64,000 bases of DNA from a virus. Its lineage: Duplodnaviria > Caudoviricetes. Shown piece by piece: positions 53,973-63,124 of this stretch (its first letter is position 1; every line of letters begins with the position of its first letter). Under the pieces are notes generated by a model, which saw only the letters and a list, made by a program, of their open reading frames with translations, did not search any database and was not told where the DNA came from. Position numbers and translations under genes: made by a program. The stretch is from the IMG/VR virus record IMGVR_UViG_3300008113_000019, positions 32,001-96,000 of that record. One strand, 5' to 3'.

Positions 53973-56246
53973 TTAGATTTTACAAGAGTCACAATCCTCA
54001 TCATCTAGTTGCCCTTGTGCTAGTGGTTTTGGTTCTTCAATCTCACCAGCACCGTCAAAGGTGTTGAAATAGTACAGAGTCTTTCCGCCGTACTTATAAT
54101 GCATAAGAAGGTGTTTGATCATCTCAGACATCGGAATCTTCTCGTCCTCATAGTGGCGAGGATTGTAAGAAGTATTGACCGAGATTGCCTGGTCGATGAA
54201 CTTCTGCAGGACCGCAGTGATCTGCAGGTAACCTTCAGGCGACTTTTGATCCCATAGTAGTTCGTATTTATTCTTCAGCTTTCTGAGCTCAGGAACAACC
54301 TGCTTCAGAACACCATCCTTCGACTGCTTGATCGAGATCAGAGCACGAGGCGGTTCGATACCGTTGGTCGAGTTTGAGATCTGTGCAGAGGTCTCAGCCG
54401 GCATCAAAGCCATCAGTGTCGAGTTACGAATGCCATGAGTATAAGCTCTGGAAGAGAGCTCATCCCAATTCATCTTGTATACCGGCTTGACCAGCTCATC
54501 GACATCCTTCTTGTAGGTATCGATCGGCATCAATCCGGCATTGTACTTTGTTTCGATGCTCTTCGGACATGCGCCTGCTTCTTCGGCAAGATCTACCGAG
54601 GCCTTAATAAGATAATAACTCCATGCTTCAGCGTACTCATGAACGAGATCCAGATTAGGAGCGGAATAAGTGGAGTCATTACGAGCAAGCCAATAAGCAA
54701 AATTGATGATACCAATACCGAGAGGGCGGCGATTGTAAGTACCCACTTCAGCGGCTCTAACAGGATAAGACTGATAGTCGAGTAGAGCATCAAGAGCGCG
54801 GACTGCCAGAGTGCAAGGTCGCTCGAAATCTCCTGGCTTTCTAATTTTGCCCCAGTTGATTGCTGCCAGTGTGCAAAGGCTGATTTCACCTTGTTCATCG
54901 TGAATATCCTTTAATGGAGTGGTTGGAAGAGTAATCTCACAACAGAGGTTACTCATCTTGATAGGTGCTGCTGTGACATCAAACGAACCATGATCGTTAG
55001 CATGGTCGACGTTCATCAGATAGATTCGTCCGGTGTCCTTTCGTTCCTGCATGAAGGCTGAGAAGAGATCAATCGCAGGGACGGTCTTTTTTCTGATCTT
55101 GGTTGAGCGTTCGTACTTTTCATAGAGTTCTCTAAACGTGTCAACGCTCGTGTAAAACGCTTCATAGAGATCCGGTACATCACCAGGTGAGAAGAGGGTG
55201 ATATTACCTCCAGATAGAAGTCTCTCATACATTACCTTATTAAACTGGACACCATAGTCCAAATGACGAATACGGTTGTCCTCGGTGCCCTTGTTATTCT
55301 TTAGGACAAGAAGATCCTCCACTTCGAGATGCCAAAGGGGGTAATAGAGTGTCGCTGCTCCACCACGGACACCACCTTGGCTACAAGACTTAACAGCAGA
55401 TTGAAAATGCTTCCAGAAAGGAATAACGCCAGTGTGACTAGCATCACCATTGCGTATAGGAGATCCAATAGCCCTAATACGGCCGCCGCCGATACCAATT
55501 CCAGCTTTCTGGCTAACGTACTTGACGATCGCTGAGGATGTTGCATTTATCGAGTCCAGCGAGTCATCTGTTTCGATAAGTACGCAAGAACTGAACTGAC
55601 GCTGTGGGGTGCGAACGCCTGCCATGATAGGAGTAGGAAGGCTAATGTCAAAAGTACTAATTGCATCGTACAGGTCCTTTACCCATTTGATTCGATCTTT
55701 GGTATAGTTTTGGAAAAGAGTCATGGCAATCAACATGAATGCCATCTGAGGCGTTTCGTAGATATCTCCCGTAACGCGGTTCTTGACTAGATACTTGCCG
55801 CGGAACTGTTCCATAGCAGCATATGTCAGAAGATTGTCGCGGTCGTGATCGATATAGTTTCCCAGCAACTTCCACTCATCTTGAGAGTACTGCTTACCCA
55901 GCGACGCATCATAGTATCCTAGCAGTTTGATACGAATGTAGTGGTTCATCAGATGCGATGGTTCATACTGGCCATACACTTCCTTACGAAGGTTATAGTT
56001 GATCAGACGACCGGCAACATACTGATAGTTCGGTGCTTCTTCTGTAATGAGTTCAGCAGCAGCCTTAATCAGAGTCTCCTGAATGTCAGTCGACTTGATC
56101 TTGTCATAGAACTGAATGTGAGTCTTGATTTCGAGATCAGATACAGAAACGCCGGATAAACCTTCACAGGCATACATTGCAACTTTGTGGAACTTATTAA
56201 TATCGAGTGGTTCGCGCGTTCCATCACGCTTCGTTACTGTGATCAT
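53973..56246 (-). CDS. nrdA: ribonucleotide reductase class Ia alpha subunit
   Basis: ATP cone (VTKRDG), PTP, SSC, SNLCCEI, CTL, MPAETS, C-terminal CDSC. Confidence 0.97.
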   Translation of the reverse strand: MITVTKRDGTREPLDINKFHKVAMYACEGLSGVSVSDLEIKTHIQFYDKIKSTDIQETLIKAAAELITEEAPNYQYVAGRLINYNLRKEVYGQYEPSHLMNHYIRIKLLGYYDASLGKQYSQDEWKLLGNYIDHDRDNLLTYAAMEQFRGKYLVKNRVTGDIYETPQMAFMLIAMTLFQNYTKDRIKWVKDLYDAISTFDISLPTPIMAGVRTPQRQFSSCVLIETDDSLDSINATSSAIVKYVSQKAGIGIGGGRIRAIGSPIRNGDASHTGVIPFWKHFQSAVKSCSQGGVRGGAATLYYPLWHLEVEDLLVLKNNKGTEDNRIRHLDYGVQFNKVMYERLLSGGNITLFSPGDVPDLYEAFYTSVDTFRELYEKYERSTKIRKKTVPAIDLFSAFMQERKDTGRIYLMNVDHANDHGSFDVTAAPIKMSNLCCEITLPTTPLKDIHDEQGEISLCTLAAINWGKIRKPGDFERPCTLAVRALDALLDYQSYPVRAAEVGTYNRRPLGIGIINFAYWLARNDSTYSAPNLDLVHEYAEAWSYYLIKASVDLAEEAGACPKSIETKYNAGLMPIDTYKKDVDELVKPVYKMNWDELSSRAYTHGIRNSTLMALMPAETSAQISNSTNGIEPPRALISIKQSKDGVLKQVVPELRKLKNKYELLWDQKSPEGYLQITAVLQKFIDQAISVNTSYNPRHYEDEKIPMSEMIKHLLMHYKYGGKTLYYFNTFDGAGEIEEPKPLAQGQLDDEDCDSCKI

Positions 56247-56397
56247 CTGATTTCCCTAGTGCTACGGTTCCGTCATCATAGACACGCCATTCAAGAACGG
56301 TGTTCTCGTCCCATCCCATGGCTTCCATCATTTCCTGTGGTAAGTCTATATATAACTCGCCATCAGCCGTTTCTTTGACAATTGAACTATAATTCAT
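56224..56397 (-). CDS. 57-aa AbrB/MazE-like protein (MNYSSIVKETADGELYIDLPQEMMEAMGWDE...)
   Basis: Read manually; G.L.I.LP.E....MGW.E...LEW swapped-hairpin pattern. Confidence 0.7.
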   Translation of the reverse strand: MNYSSIVKETADGELYIDLPQEMMEAMGWDENTVLEWRVYDDGTVALGKSDDHSNEA

Positions 56398-57098
56398 GGA
56401 AGTTTCTTCTCAAACTCTGCCTGAGCAGCCATGCTATCAAGAGCAGCCTTTACATCAGGGAAGTGATGACAGATAATCTCCCAGCACTGCTCAGCAACGA
56501 TACGATGTTCCTTCTGAGTGGCCTTATCCATACGAAGCTGGCAATAGTGTACCCAGCTACGAAGAGAACCAGACATAATCATGACCGATTCGGTACAACC
56601 TTCCGGAAGAACTGCCCGAGCCTGCTCCTTGGCAATACCCCGGTCGGTAGCCCACTGATAAGCAAACTGTGCTGCGTTAATTGCCGACTGCTGGACTATA
56701 CTCCATTCTTCGGCGAGTCGGTTTTCATCAGGTCCGAGTTCCACAGAGTTCTGTCGATTCTTAGCATCCTGGAGTCGGGCTTCCCGTCTAACAAATCCAA
56801 GATCCTTTGTTGGATCAGCGTAACGCTGACTGTACTCTTGGAATGAGAAAGAACGATGCCGCAGAATCTGGCGGGCGATATCTCGTGTAGTACGTATTTC
56901 CATTGAGACATGAACCATCTCCAGTGGCGACCAATGTTGGTTCTTGATAAGATACTGCACGAGCTTTGGTGCAGTGGCGGTATTGTTCTGGTTACTAGGA
57001 TTTGATACTCGAGCGGCCCATGCAATTAGTTCATTTGCAGTATTACAATCGGTGTATGCACTGGGCTTGGTAATACCGATAAGATTCACTTCAGACAT
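56394..57098 (-). CDS. thyX: flavin-dependent thymidylate synthase
   Basis: ARVS, HWSPLE, RHRSFSFQEYSQRY, EQARAVLP, TQKEHR. Confidence 0.96.
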   Translation of the reverse strand: MSEVNLIGITKPSAYTDCNTANELIAWAARVSNPSNQNNTATAPKLVQYLIKNQHWSPLEMVHVSMEIRTTRDIARQILRHRSFSFQEYSQRYADPTKDLGFVRREARLQDAKNRQNSVELGPDENRLAEEWSIVQQSAINAAQFAYQWATDRGIAKEQARAVLPEGCTESVMIMSGSLRSWVHYCQLRMDKATQKEHRIVAEQCWEIICHHFPDVKAALDSMAAQAEFEKKLP

Positions 57099-57235
57099 TA
57101 TATAGCTTTCCTAATTCTTCGATCGTTTGTTCGAGTTTGTTAAGCAGTTCTTTCTTAACAGGATCGTTTGCAATATCTTCTGCTTTTAAGCTTGCAATCT
57201 TTGCTTTGATGAGATCGTATTGACCGAGTAGTATA

Positions 57236-57427
57236 TCACTCACTATCGTTATCCTCTACATGCTGAATATATACCGTATCATCTAGTGCATTCTCTACTA
57301 TTACTTCTGTTTCACGGTCTGAGCCTTTTGGGAATAACTGAATTAGAGTTATTTCTACTCCCTGATCGGCAGTCTTTCTCTTCCAACGAACAACCACCGC
57401 TTTGTCGGTGTTATTAACAATCTTCAT
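57236..57427 (-). CDS. hypothetical protein
   Basis: Coupled ORF. Confidence 0.6.
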   Translation of the reverse strand: MKIVNNTDKAVVVRWKRKTADQGVEITLIQLFPKGSDRETEVIVENALDDTVYIQHVEDNDSE

Positions 57428-57636
57428 TAGTAAACTTCCTTATATACCAACTTAAGAGCTTCAAGGCGATCATTAAGTTCTGCAATCTTATCAAGTTCTA
57501 ATTCAAGTGCACCCATAAAATCAGTATGGTCATGAATAGCCATCGGATTTTCTAGCATAATAGAAATATTCATCACCTGCTGATTAATTCGAGCCTGAAG
57601 TGATTCCTCAAGAGTATCAAGAATTTTGTTTTTCAT
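57427..57636 (-). CDS. hypothetical coiled-coil protein
   Basis: NP.AI.DH.D....E.ELDKIA pattern; start moved to MKNKIL. Confidence 0.7.
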   Translation of the reverse strand: MKNKILDTLEESLQARINQQVMNISIMLENPMAIHDHTDFMGALELELDKIAELNDRLEALKLVYKEVY

Positions 57637-57856
57637 TTTTATAGTCTCCAGCTTCAATGGACATGGCAACCTGTGTCATACCCATTTTTCTAAAATAATT
57701 TGCAATCAAAGCGATCTCAGCATCGATTGAATTCTTGGTTTCAAGATATCGCTGCCCCGCTTCTGCTTCAAGCGGACCGTCAAACCACAAAATATCGTCT
57801 CCATCACGAATCCAATATTTTTCTTCTTTATGACTCCAATGTATTGCAGGCATCAC
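57617..57856 (-). CDS. hypothetical protein
   Basis: ORF overlapping neighbours. Confidence 0.6.
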   Translation of the reverse strand: MMPAIHWSHKEEKYWIRDGDDILWFDGPLEAEAGQRYLETKNSIDAEIALIANYFRKMGMTQVAMSIEAGDYKNEKQNS

Positions 57857-58101
57857 ACTTCCCCTCGTTCGATTGCGTCTGCTAAATCCTCGACCGTAAA
57901 CGATGCGTCACTGTAGTCGCGCTCCCAAAGGCTGTGCGCGGTTTTGCGTAGTTTAGCCACGATCTGCGCGTCACGTTCCTTGATCGCTGCTTGGCGGTGG
58001 CGGGCGAAGGCAAGCGCCAATTCGTTGGTGTTATCCCATACGTTGAACGCAAGATCAGCAGCCTCCCGATCCGCCTGTGTCACTTCAATCTCGTCGGTCA
58101 T
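57853..58101 (-). CDS. hypothetical protein
   Basis: VTQADREAA...AFARHR pattern; GGAG RBS. Confidence 0.7.
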   Translation of the reverse strand: MTDEIEVTQADREAADLAFNVWDNTNELALAFARHRQAAIKERDAQIVAKLRKTAHSLWERDYSDASFTVEDLADAIERGEV

Positions 58102-58110
58102 TGCTGGCTC

Positions 58111-58422
58111 CTAATTCAATTGTAACTTGGGTGGTTCGCGCAGCCTCCCACCCGTCTCGCGCTCGAAGGCTTCAAACTGTTCTGGTTTGAGCCTCACAGA
58201 TGCCATTACTGTTGACAGTCTATAGGACGGCTGGAAGGCGCTAACGCTGCCGATTTCAACGTTGCGCGTTAGGCAGAACTTCAGGAACCGCGCTAGGCTG
58301 GCATTGCTCATATTCAGCCCTTCTTCGCAGTGCATCCAAACTCGACCAAAGGGGTCTGGCTTGGATTGTTCTGCTACCCAGCACTGACAGTAGCCATCTG
58401 GCCAAGAACATGGTTCGGTCAT
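58111..58422 (-). CDS. hypothetical protein
   Basis: Start moved to MTEPC at the repeated GGAGCCAGCAATGACCGA junction. Confidence 0.6.
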   Translation of the reverse strand: MTEPCSWPDGYCQCWVAEQSKPDPFGRVWMHCEEGLNMSNASLARFLKFCLTRNVEIGSVSAFQPSYRLSTVMASVRLKPEQFEAFERETGGRLREPPKLQLN

Positions 58423-59045
58423 TGCTGGCTCCCCTTGAGTGCGGCGCGGGCGATCTCTTGCCGTCTTTCTTCGCAATAGATGCAATCGTCCTCGCAATCG
58501 TCCTCAGCATGGGCTAGCCGCGCCAGCAGCCGCTCATTCTCCTCCCGCGCCTCGGCCAACTGCGCTGCGAGGGATTGAAGCGCCGTGGCGGCTTCGCGAT
58601 ACATTTCGCCCAGACTGTGGTTATCAAAGGCGCGGTCAGTGTATTTTGCCTTCGCGTTCAACCGCCCCACCAGTTCATCCACCCCGGCCAGATCGACCTT
58701 CACTACAACGCGGTCGGCTATGGCGGCGCGGGCGAACTTTTCGTAACGCACAGCTAGATCGGGTGACACGCTGATCGGCACATCTCCTGCTGCAATCGTT
58801 CCAAGGGCATCCCGCAGCCGCTTCACTTCATCTGCCGCGTTGAGGGCGGAGAGGATTGTGGGGAGGTTGTTGACTAAGGCGACGATCAGGGCGGCGTTGT
58901 CCTCATCCGCACTTTCCATCTCTGCAATGGCATACATGGTTAGCTGGTCGAGGCGGTGAAAAATCAAACCACGCAGGCCATCGACCTCCCACGGCCCCGG
59001 CGTTGCCTTCGCAGCCAGCCCAACCAGTTCATCATGCAGGGTCAT
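58419..59045 (-). CDS. Ead/Ea22-like protein
   Basis: L..LAAKATPGPW...A.LI.A..N.LP.IL; start moved to MTLHDE. Confidence 0.7.
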   Translation of the reverse strand: MTLHDELVGLAAKATPGPWEVDGLRGLIFHRLDQLTMYAIAEMESADEDNAALIVALVNNLPTILSALNAADEVKRLRDALGTIAAGDVPISVSPDLAVRYEKFARAAIADRVVVKVDLAGVDELVGRLNAKAKYTDRAFDNHSLGEMYREAATALQSLAAQLAEAREENERLLARLAHAEDDCEDDCIYCEERRQEIARAALKGSQQ

Positions 59046-59253
59046 CGGTGGCCTCCTCAAACATTTCCCATGAAAGGTAGAGCGGCCAAGCAAGGCCAGC
59101 AATGAACCCAGTGGCTGCACTGGCGAAAGCACTGCAAGCGCCTTGTGTGCGGAAGTCGATATTGCACCGATCCGCATTGGCGGCAGCGTGGCCAAAGGCG
59201 AAAATGAAGCCGGTCGCATAGAGCGCGATCACCACTTCTTCCAATTTACGCAT
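59032..59253 (-). CDS. small membrane protein
   Basis: Two hydrophobic segments, AWPLYLSW; GGAGG RBS. Confidence 0.65.
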   Translation of the reverse strand: MRKLEEVVIALYATGFIFAFGHAAANADRCNIDFRTQGACSAFASAATGFIAGLAWPLYLSWEMFEEATDDPA

Positions 59254-59316
59254 TGCTTGCCTCCTGTGCAGAAAGTGCGCTCGGCCCATCGGCCTGTTGC
59301 AGTCGTTCAATCAGCG

Positions 59317-59463
59317 TCATGGCTCAAACCCCTCATCACTCCCCATGATGTATTCAAAGCACAGCTCACAAAGTTCGGTGACGCAATCGACACCAGTGGG
59401 CGGATTGTCGCCGCAGTTTGCGCAAACCACTTCCGGGCAATCTTCATTATCAATCAGCGTCAT
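59317..59463 (-). CDS. small Cys-rich (zinc-finger-like) protein
   Basis: CANC...CELC; GGAGG RBS; start moved to MTLIDN. Confidence 0.55.
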   Translation of the reverse strand: MTLIDNEDCPEVVCANCGDNPPTGVDCVTELCELCFEYIMGSDEGFEP

Positions 59464-59785
59464 GGCTGGCCTCCTTTGCGCGGGCGAGGGTTTCCATGCA
59501 TTTTCTAAGCACGGATGCGACGACCAGCCTCTTGCCCGGCAAAGAAATGTTAGAAAGCATCGGCACCTTGTGTTCAATAACAGCCGCAGCTTCCGTCAGC
59601 GCCTCCACCAGTTCCGCATTGATCGCGGCGAGGGTGGCGAGGTTGGCATTTTGAACCTCGATATGTTCTGCCGCCCGGTCGCACAGTTCGGGCGTTATTG
59701 GCCCTTCTCGCAGAATGCGCGGCATCGGCATTGCGGGATTATCCATCGTGTTGTTCATCATTTTCACCATTGTTTTCATCATCAA
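59450..59785 (-). CDS. hypothetical protein
   Basis: First ORF after the early promoter; start uncertain. Confidence 0.55.
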   Translation of the reverse strand: MMMKTMVKMMNNTMDNPAMPMPRILREGPITPELCDRAAEHIEVQNANLATLAAINAELVEALTEAAAVIEHKVPMLSNISLPGKRLVVASVLRKCMETLARAKEASHDAD

Positions 59786-59792
59786 TAAATTC

Positions 59793-59823
59793 AGTATAAC
59801 CCAAATTGCAAAATATGTACACT
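59793..59823 (-). promoter_or_regulatory. early promoter
   Basis: GTGTACA-17 nt-TATACT. Confidence 0.78.
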
Positions 59824-59827
59824 GTTT

Positions 59828-60193
59828 TTAAACAAAATCTTCTAAAGTTGCAGAGGTCATACCGATATAGTATGGCTTCTTTCGCCGGATCATGTTCTCA
59901 ATCATGTTTCGAGTCCCGCGCGATTGACCATCCCAGATGATAATAGCCGCATCAGCATATTCAGCCATGGCTCTATTGCGTTGTGGTCCTGCAGAATTAC
60001 CATGACGCATCCAATCTGCTGGCATTTCCTTGATAGGAACATCATTTGCACGGGCCCACTGTTCACCAAGCCGGTCAACGCCTACAGCAGTACCACTTAC
60101 CACCTCGGTAATATTATACCCGGATTTACTAATCGTATCGACGACTAGTTTATAGTCATCAATATTACGCGAACCGGCAATAATCACTTTCAT
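59828..60193 (-). CDS. SLOG/YspA-like (DUF2493) protein
   Basis: KVIIAGSR, VVSG.A.GVD..GE.WA, ADW..HG.SAG..RN..MA, WDG.SRGT. Confidence 0.85.
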   Translation of the reverse strand: MKVIIAGSRNIDDYKLVVDTISKSGYNITEVVSGTAVGVDRLGEQWARANDVPIKEMPADWMRHGNSAGPQRNRAMAEYADAAIIIWDGQSRGTRNMIENMIRRKKPYYIGMTSATLEDFV

Positions 60194-60450
60194 TGATCGA
60201 CCTCAAATACCTTTGTCTTCTGGAAACGCGTTTTACGAACAACACCAGAAATCTTTAAATCATTTACACGAGCAATTGCGTCATGATACTCTACATATGA
60301 ACCGTCGTTCCACCACCACCAAGCATCTAGTTTCAGTGGCCAACGAGGGGTTCGCTGATATTCAACAAGCCACTTTCCATCAGTTCGATGCAATCTAACT
60401 CTCTTGACGGCGATCTCGTCAAACTCTACGCCATACTCGTTATCAACCAT
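60190..60450 (-). CDS. hypothetical protein
   Basis: Coupled ORF. Confidence 0.6.
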   Translation of the reverse strand: MVDNEYGVEFDEIAVKRVRLHRTDGKWLVEYQRTPRWPLKLDAWWWWNDGSYVEYHDAIARVNDLKISGVVRKTRFQKTKVFEVDQ

Positions 60451-60730
60451 ACCCGTTTCCTATGTAGTTAAATAAGTTTGGATCAAAATAGATCTTGCCG
60501 GCTCCGCACGAATCGATGTCATCTACATCTCGTGCAGCAACTCTGACATACTTCGAAAAGTACTCGACGCCGCGAAGTTCAATGATCAAGGTTGTGTGTG
60601 CACCAACCATGTTGGCATTATAAACAACCCAAGTAATATCCTCCTCCGGCAAACTGAGGATCGCGTCAACGGTCTTTGCGCCATAACGCGAAATGCAATT
60701 TTGCAGTCGGTCCTGAGTAAGTGTATTCAT
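60443..60730 (-). CDS. hypothetical protein
   Basis: ORF overlapping the primase end. Confidence 0.55.
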   Translation of the reverse strand: MNTLTQDRLQNCISRYGAKTVDAILSLPEEDITWVVYNANMVGAHTTLIIELRGVEYFSKYVRVAARDVDDIDSCGAGKIYFDPNLFNYIGNGYG

Positions 60731-61691
60731 CGATAATTTCCTTCACTTGTTCCGGTGTGTATCCAGCCAAGACCATGTCGTTGATGTCTTTGTGCTCGAT
60801 ATTTCTTGGCCAAATACAAACCCGATAACCTAAGTCAATGGCCTTTTCAATATGTTTGACTGTGTGTTTATTTCTCGGTTCATTGTCGTATACTACAACA
60901 AATCGATCTTTTTGTACATCTAAAAATTGTAGTGGTGTGATAAGATCACCACCTGCCGATGCAATTCCATTTGGCAAAAAGAGTGAGTCAATCGGACCTT
61001 CCACCACATATATATCATAGGACGGATCCATTGTATCGAGACCAAAGAGCTTCGGCTTCTCATCATCAAGAATGATAGTGATGTACCTGACCCCTGTTTT
61101 CTTGAACGAACGCCCTTGAAACCCAAAGAGCTTCTTGTTCTCATCAAGAAACGGAATGATCAACCGCGGTTCGTCATTCTTCAGAGATTCCTCATCAAAC
61201 TTATCAGGAAGCATGGTGTTCACCCACTCCTTAAAGTTTCTTACAAGAAATAGTTTGTGATGTGCCTCTGAAGGAATTAACCGGCGAGATACGTATTGTT
61301 TGACTGGATGATCAGGTTTGAGTTGAGAGACCTTCTTCAAATCCTTCAGGCCGGTTGTCTTCACAAAGACCGGCGGCTTCATCTTCTCGACGAACTCTTG
61401 CGTCTCGTTCCTATGACCCTGCTCGAGCATCCGTTCCTTGAGATACTCAATATACAGAGTCGGGTCAAGAGTCTTAATGAACCATGGAAGACCCATCGAT
61501 GCACTGCAGTTATGGCAAAAGAACTTCAACGCCCCTTTGCGCATGTAGATATAACCACGAGTCTTTCGAGGGTCCTTCTGAGAATCGCCACAGATTGGAC
61601 AACGGAACTTATAGGTGTTTGCGTTGACCCGTGCGAATCTCTCGAGTCTAGATGAAAGAAGATTGACGTATTTGTGTTCTAACCAAAGCAT
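60666..61691 (-). CDS. gp61: DNA primase gp61
   Basis: CPICGDS...CHNC zinc finger, RLIIPF, FQGR, EGPIDS, DNEPRN, KDIND. Confidence 0.95.
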   Translation of the reverse strand: MLWLEHKYVNLLSSRLERFARVNANTYKFRCPICGDSQKDPRKTRGYIYMRKGALKFFCHNCSASMGLPWFIKTLDPTLYIEYLKERMLEQGHRNETQEFVEKMKPPVFVKTTGLKDLKKVSQLKPDHPVKQYVSRRLIPSEAHHKLFLVRNFKEWVNTMLPDKFDEESLKNDEPRLIIPFLDENKKLFGFQGRSFKKTGVRYITIILDDEKPKLFGLDTMDPSYDIYVVEGPIDSLFLPNGIASAGGDLITPLQFLDVQKDRFVVVYDNEPRNKHTVKHIEKAIDLGYRVCIWPRNIEHKDINDMVLAGYTPEQVKEIIDEYTYSGPTAKLHFALWRKDR

Positions 61692-61720
61692 TAGTATACC
61701 TACTGTCGACTGATAGTATC

Positions 61721-61750
61721 ATTATACACAGTCTACGAAATAAGTACACA
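61721..61750 (-). promoter_or_regulatory. early-type promoter for primase
   Basis: GTGTACT-16 nt-TATAAT, extended TG. Confidence 0.65.
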
Positions 61751-61764
61751 AAAAAATGTAGTGA

Positions 61765-62238
61765 TTAGAAGAATTTATCCCACGGGATAATTGCGAGGAT
61801 TGCACCAACAACTGCCGATCCACCGATCACCAGCCACTGCCACTTTTCCATGGTAGTGATTCTCTCGCTCAGGGCAGCATGTTGAGATTGCTGATCGGCT
61901 CTCATGGCTTTGATTTCTAACATCAAATCATCATACTGTTCATCAATTTTTTCTTTGATATCACGCTCACCGGAAGAAATTCTATCATGAAGGATTTGAA
62001 TTTTTTCGTCTGTTTCCACTCTACGGGCTTCCACTAAATCAGAGAGTTGTTTGCTTATGATTTCTTGAGAAGATAGTTTAGTTTCATGCACAGCCAGCAA
62101 ATTGGATACATTACTTGAAATGTCTGTGAGCTTATCAATGGTTGCGTCTAAGCGATCGACAAGTGCTCCGACAACGGCCATATCTTTCAATAGATACGAG
62201 ACGTCCTCGGATAGCTTGTCGAGACTTTGGTTTGACAT
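61765..62238 (-). CDS. coiled-coil protein with C-terminal TM helix
   Basis: LAVHE.K, LH.RI, EKWQW.VIG; lysis-region context. Confidence 0.75.
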   Translation of the reverse strand: MSNQSLDKLSEDVSYLLKDMAVVGALVDRLDATIDKLTDISSNVSNLLAVHETKLSSQEIISKQLSDLVEARRVETDEKIQILHDRISSGERDIKEKIDEQYDDLMLEIKAMRADQQSQHAALSERITTMEKWQWLVIGGSAVVGAILAIIPWDKFF

Positions 62239-62622
62239 TAGAACGGTCCGTAATCTTCGTCTGATTTACGATACTTATCAACAGCCGCCATCATTTTGAT
62301 TTCGTTGTCAGTATGAATTGACTCTGCTTCTGCAATATCTTTGTAGTTGGTTTTACCCATTTCTTGCACTTTGATATTTGGATCAAACTCAGATGTCTTC
62401 ATTCCCATCATAGTAGCAAAAGCACCAACAAAGGCACCAACAATCATTGAGAAAGCCAAAAAATAGTCCGGCTACCATTGCAAGAGCGACAGTGAACATG
62501 ATGAAGGAAAGAGTAACAGCCGCCATTTTCATGACCATGAGCTGTGTACGACCCTTCTCGATCTCTAGTTCACCAAGTGTATCAATCTCTTTTGCAACAG
62601 AGAAGAATTTAAATAAACTCAT
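62238..62622 (-). pseudogene. membrane protein split by an apparent frameshift (possible holin-like)
   Basis: TM-containing 5' ORF 62622-62389 continues in another frame (62459-62238) at CTA TTT TTT G GCT TTC. Confidence 0.55.
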
Positions 62623-62903
62623 GGTTTCTTTTTCCTGCCTGCTCTTGATTTACCCTTAGCAGCATCAACAACATCGCCAGCCTGATTGATCACTTCTTTT
62701 ACTGCTTCATTTACGTCGACTAATTCTTCTTTAACTCTCTTGACACGTTTTTTTGCTTTATTGATTGCTTCATTGGCTTCTTTAATATTCTTTTCAGCAA
62801 TCTCTTTTGCAACGCGCAAATCTTCGGTTGTAACTTTATTATCTTTATTTATATCAAAGATACTGAACCACTTTTTAATTTTTCCCCACATGTTTATCTC
62901 CAT
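62619..62903 (-). CDS. hypothetical basic protein
   Basis: DINKDNKV EF-hand-like loop; coupled ORF. Confidence 0.65.
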   Translation of the reverse strand: MEINMWGKIKKWFSIFDINKDNKVTTEDLRVAKEIAEKNIKEANEAINKAKKRVKRVKEELVDVNEAVKEVINQAGDVVDAAKGKSRAGRKKKP

Positions 62904-63124
62904 TACTTTTTAAGAGTTGTGGCTAGTCTTCTGGCTACAGATAGTGGAAGTCCATCTTTTCCGGTGTTCAATAGACCCAACGCAGCAATGAGTGCTAGCA
63001 TCGTTTTAGAATCATCTTTTCCGCTAACACGATTCAAAGAGTTGGCAATGACGTTCGCAAGATTCTCTCTTGACGGTGCGTCATCTATTTCTTCTGGCTT
63101 GTCAAAATCTTTGAACTTTTTCAT
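62903..63124 (-). CDS. hypothetical protein
   Basis: MKKFKDF start typical of T4-like head-internal proteins. Confidence 0.6.
   Translation of the reverse strand: MKKFKDFDKPEEIDDAPSRENLANVIANSLNRVSGKDDSKTMLALIAALGLLNTGKDGLPLSVARRLATTLKK

Larger units (their letters stand above)
57853..59760 (-). mobile_element. GC-rich foreign gene island (temperate-phage-like small genes)
   Basis: Visibly higher GC than flanks, Ala-rich ORFs, 18 bp direct repeats at gene junctions; boundaries approximate. Confidence 0.65.

Noticed and set aside
52000-56246. Possible introns or inteins in nrdA/nrdB
   Set aside because: Both ORFs are continuous and of normal length.
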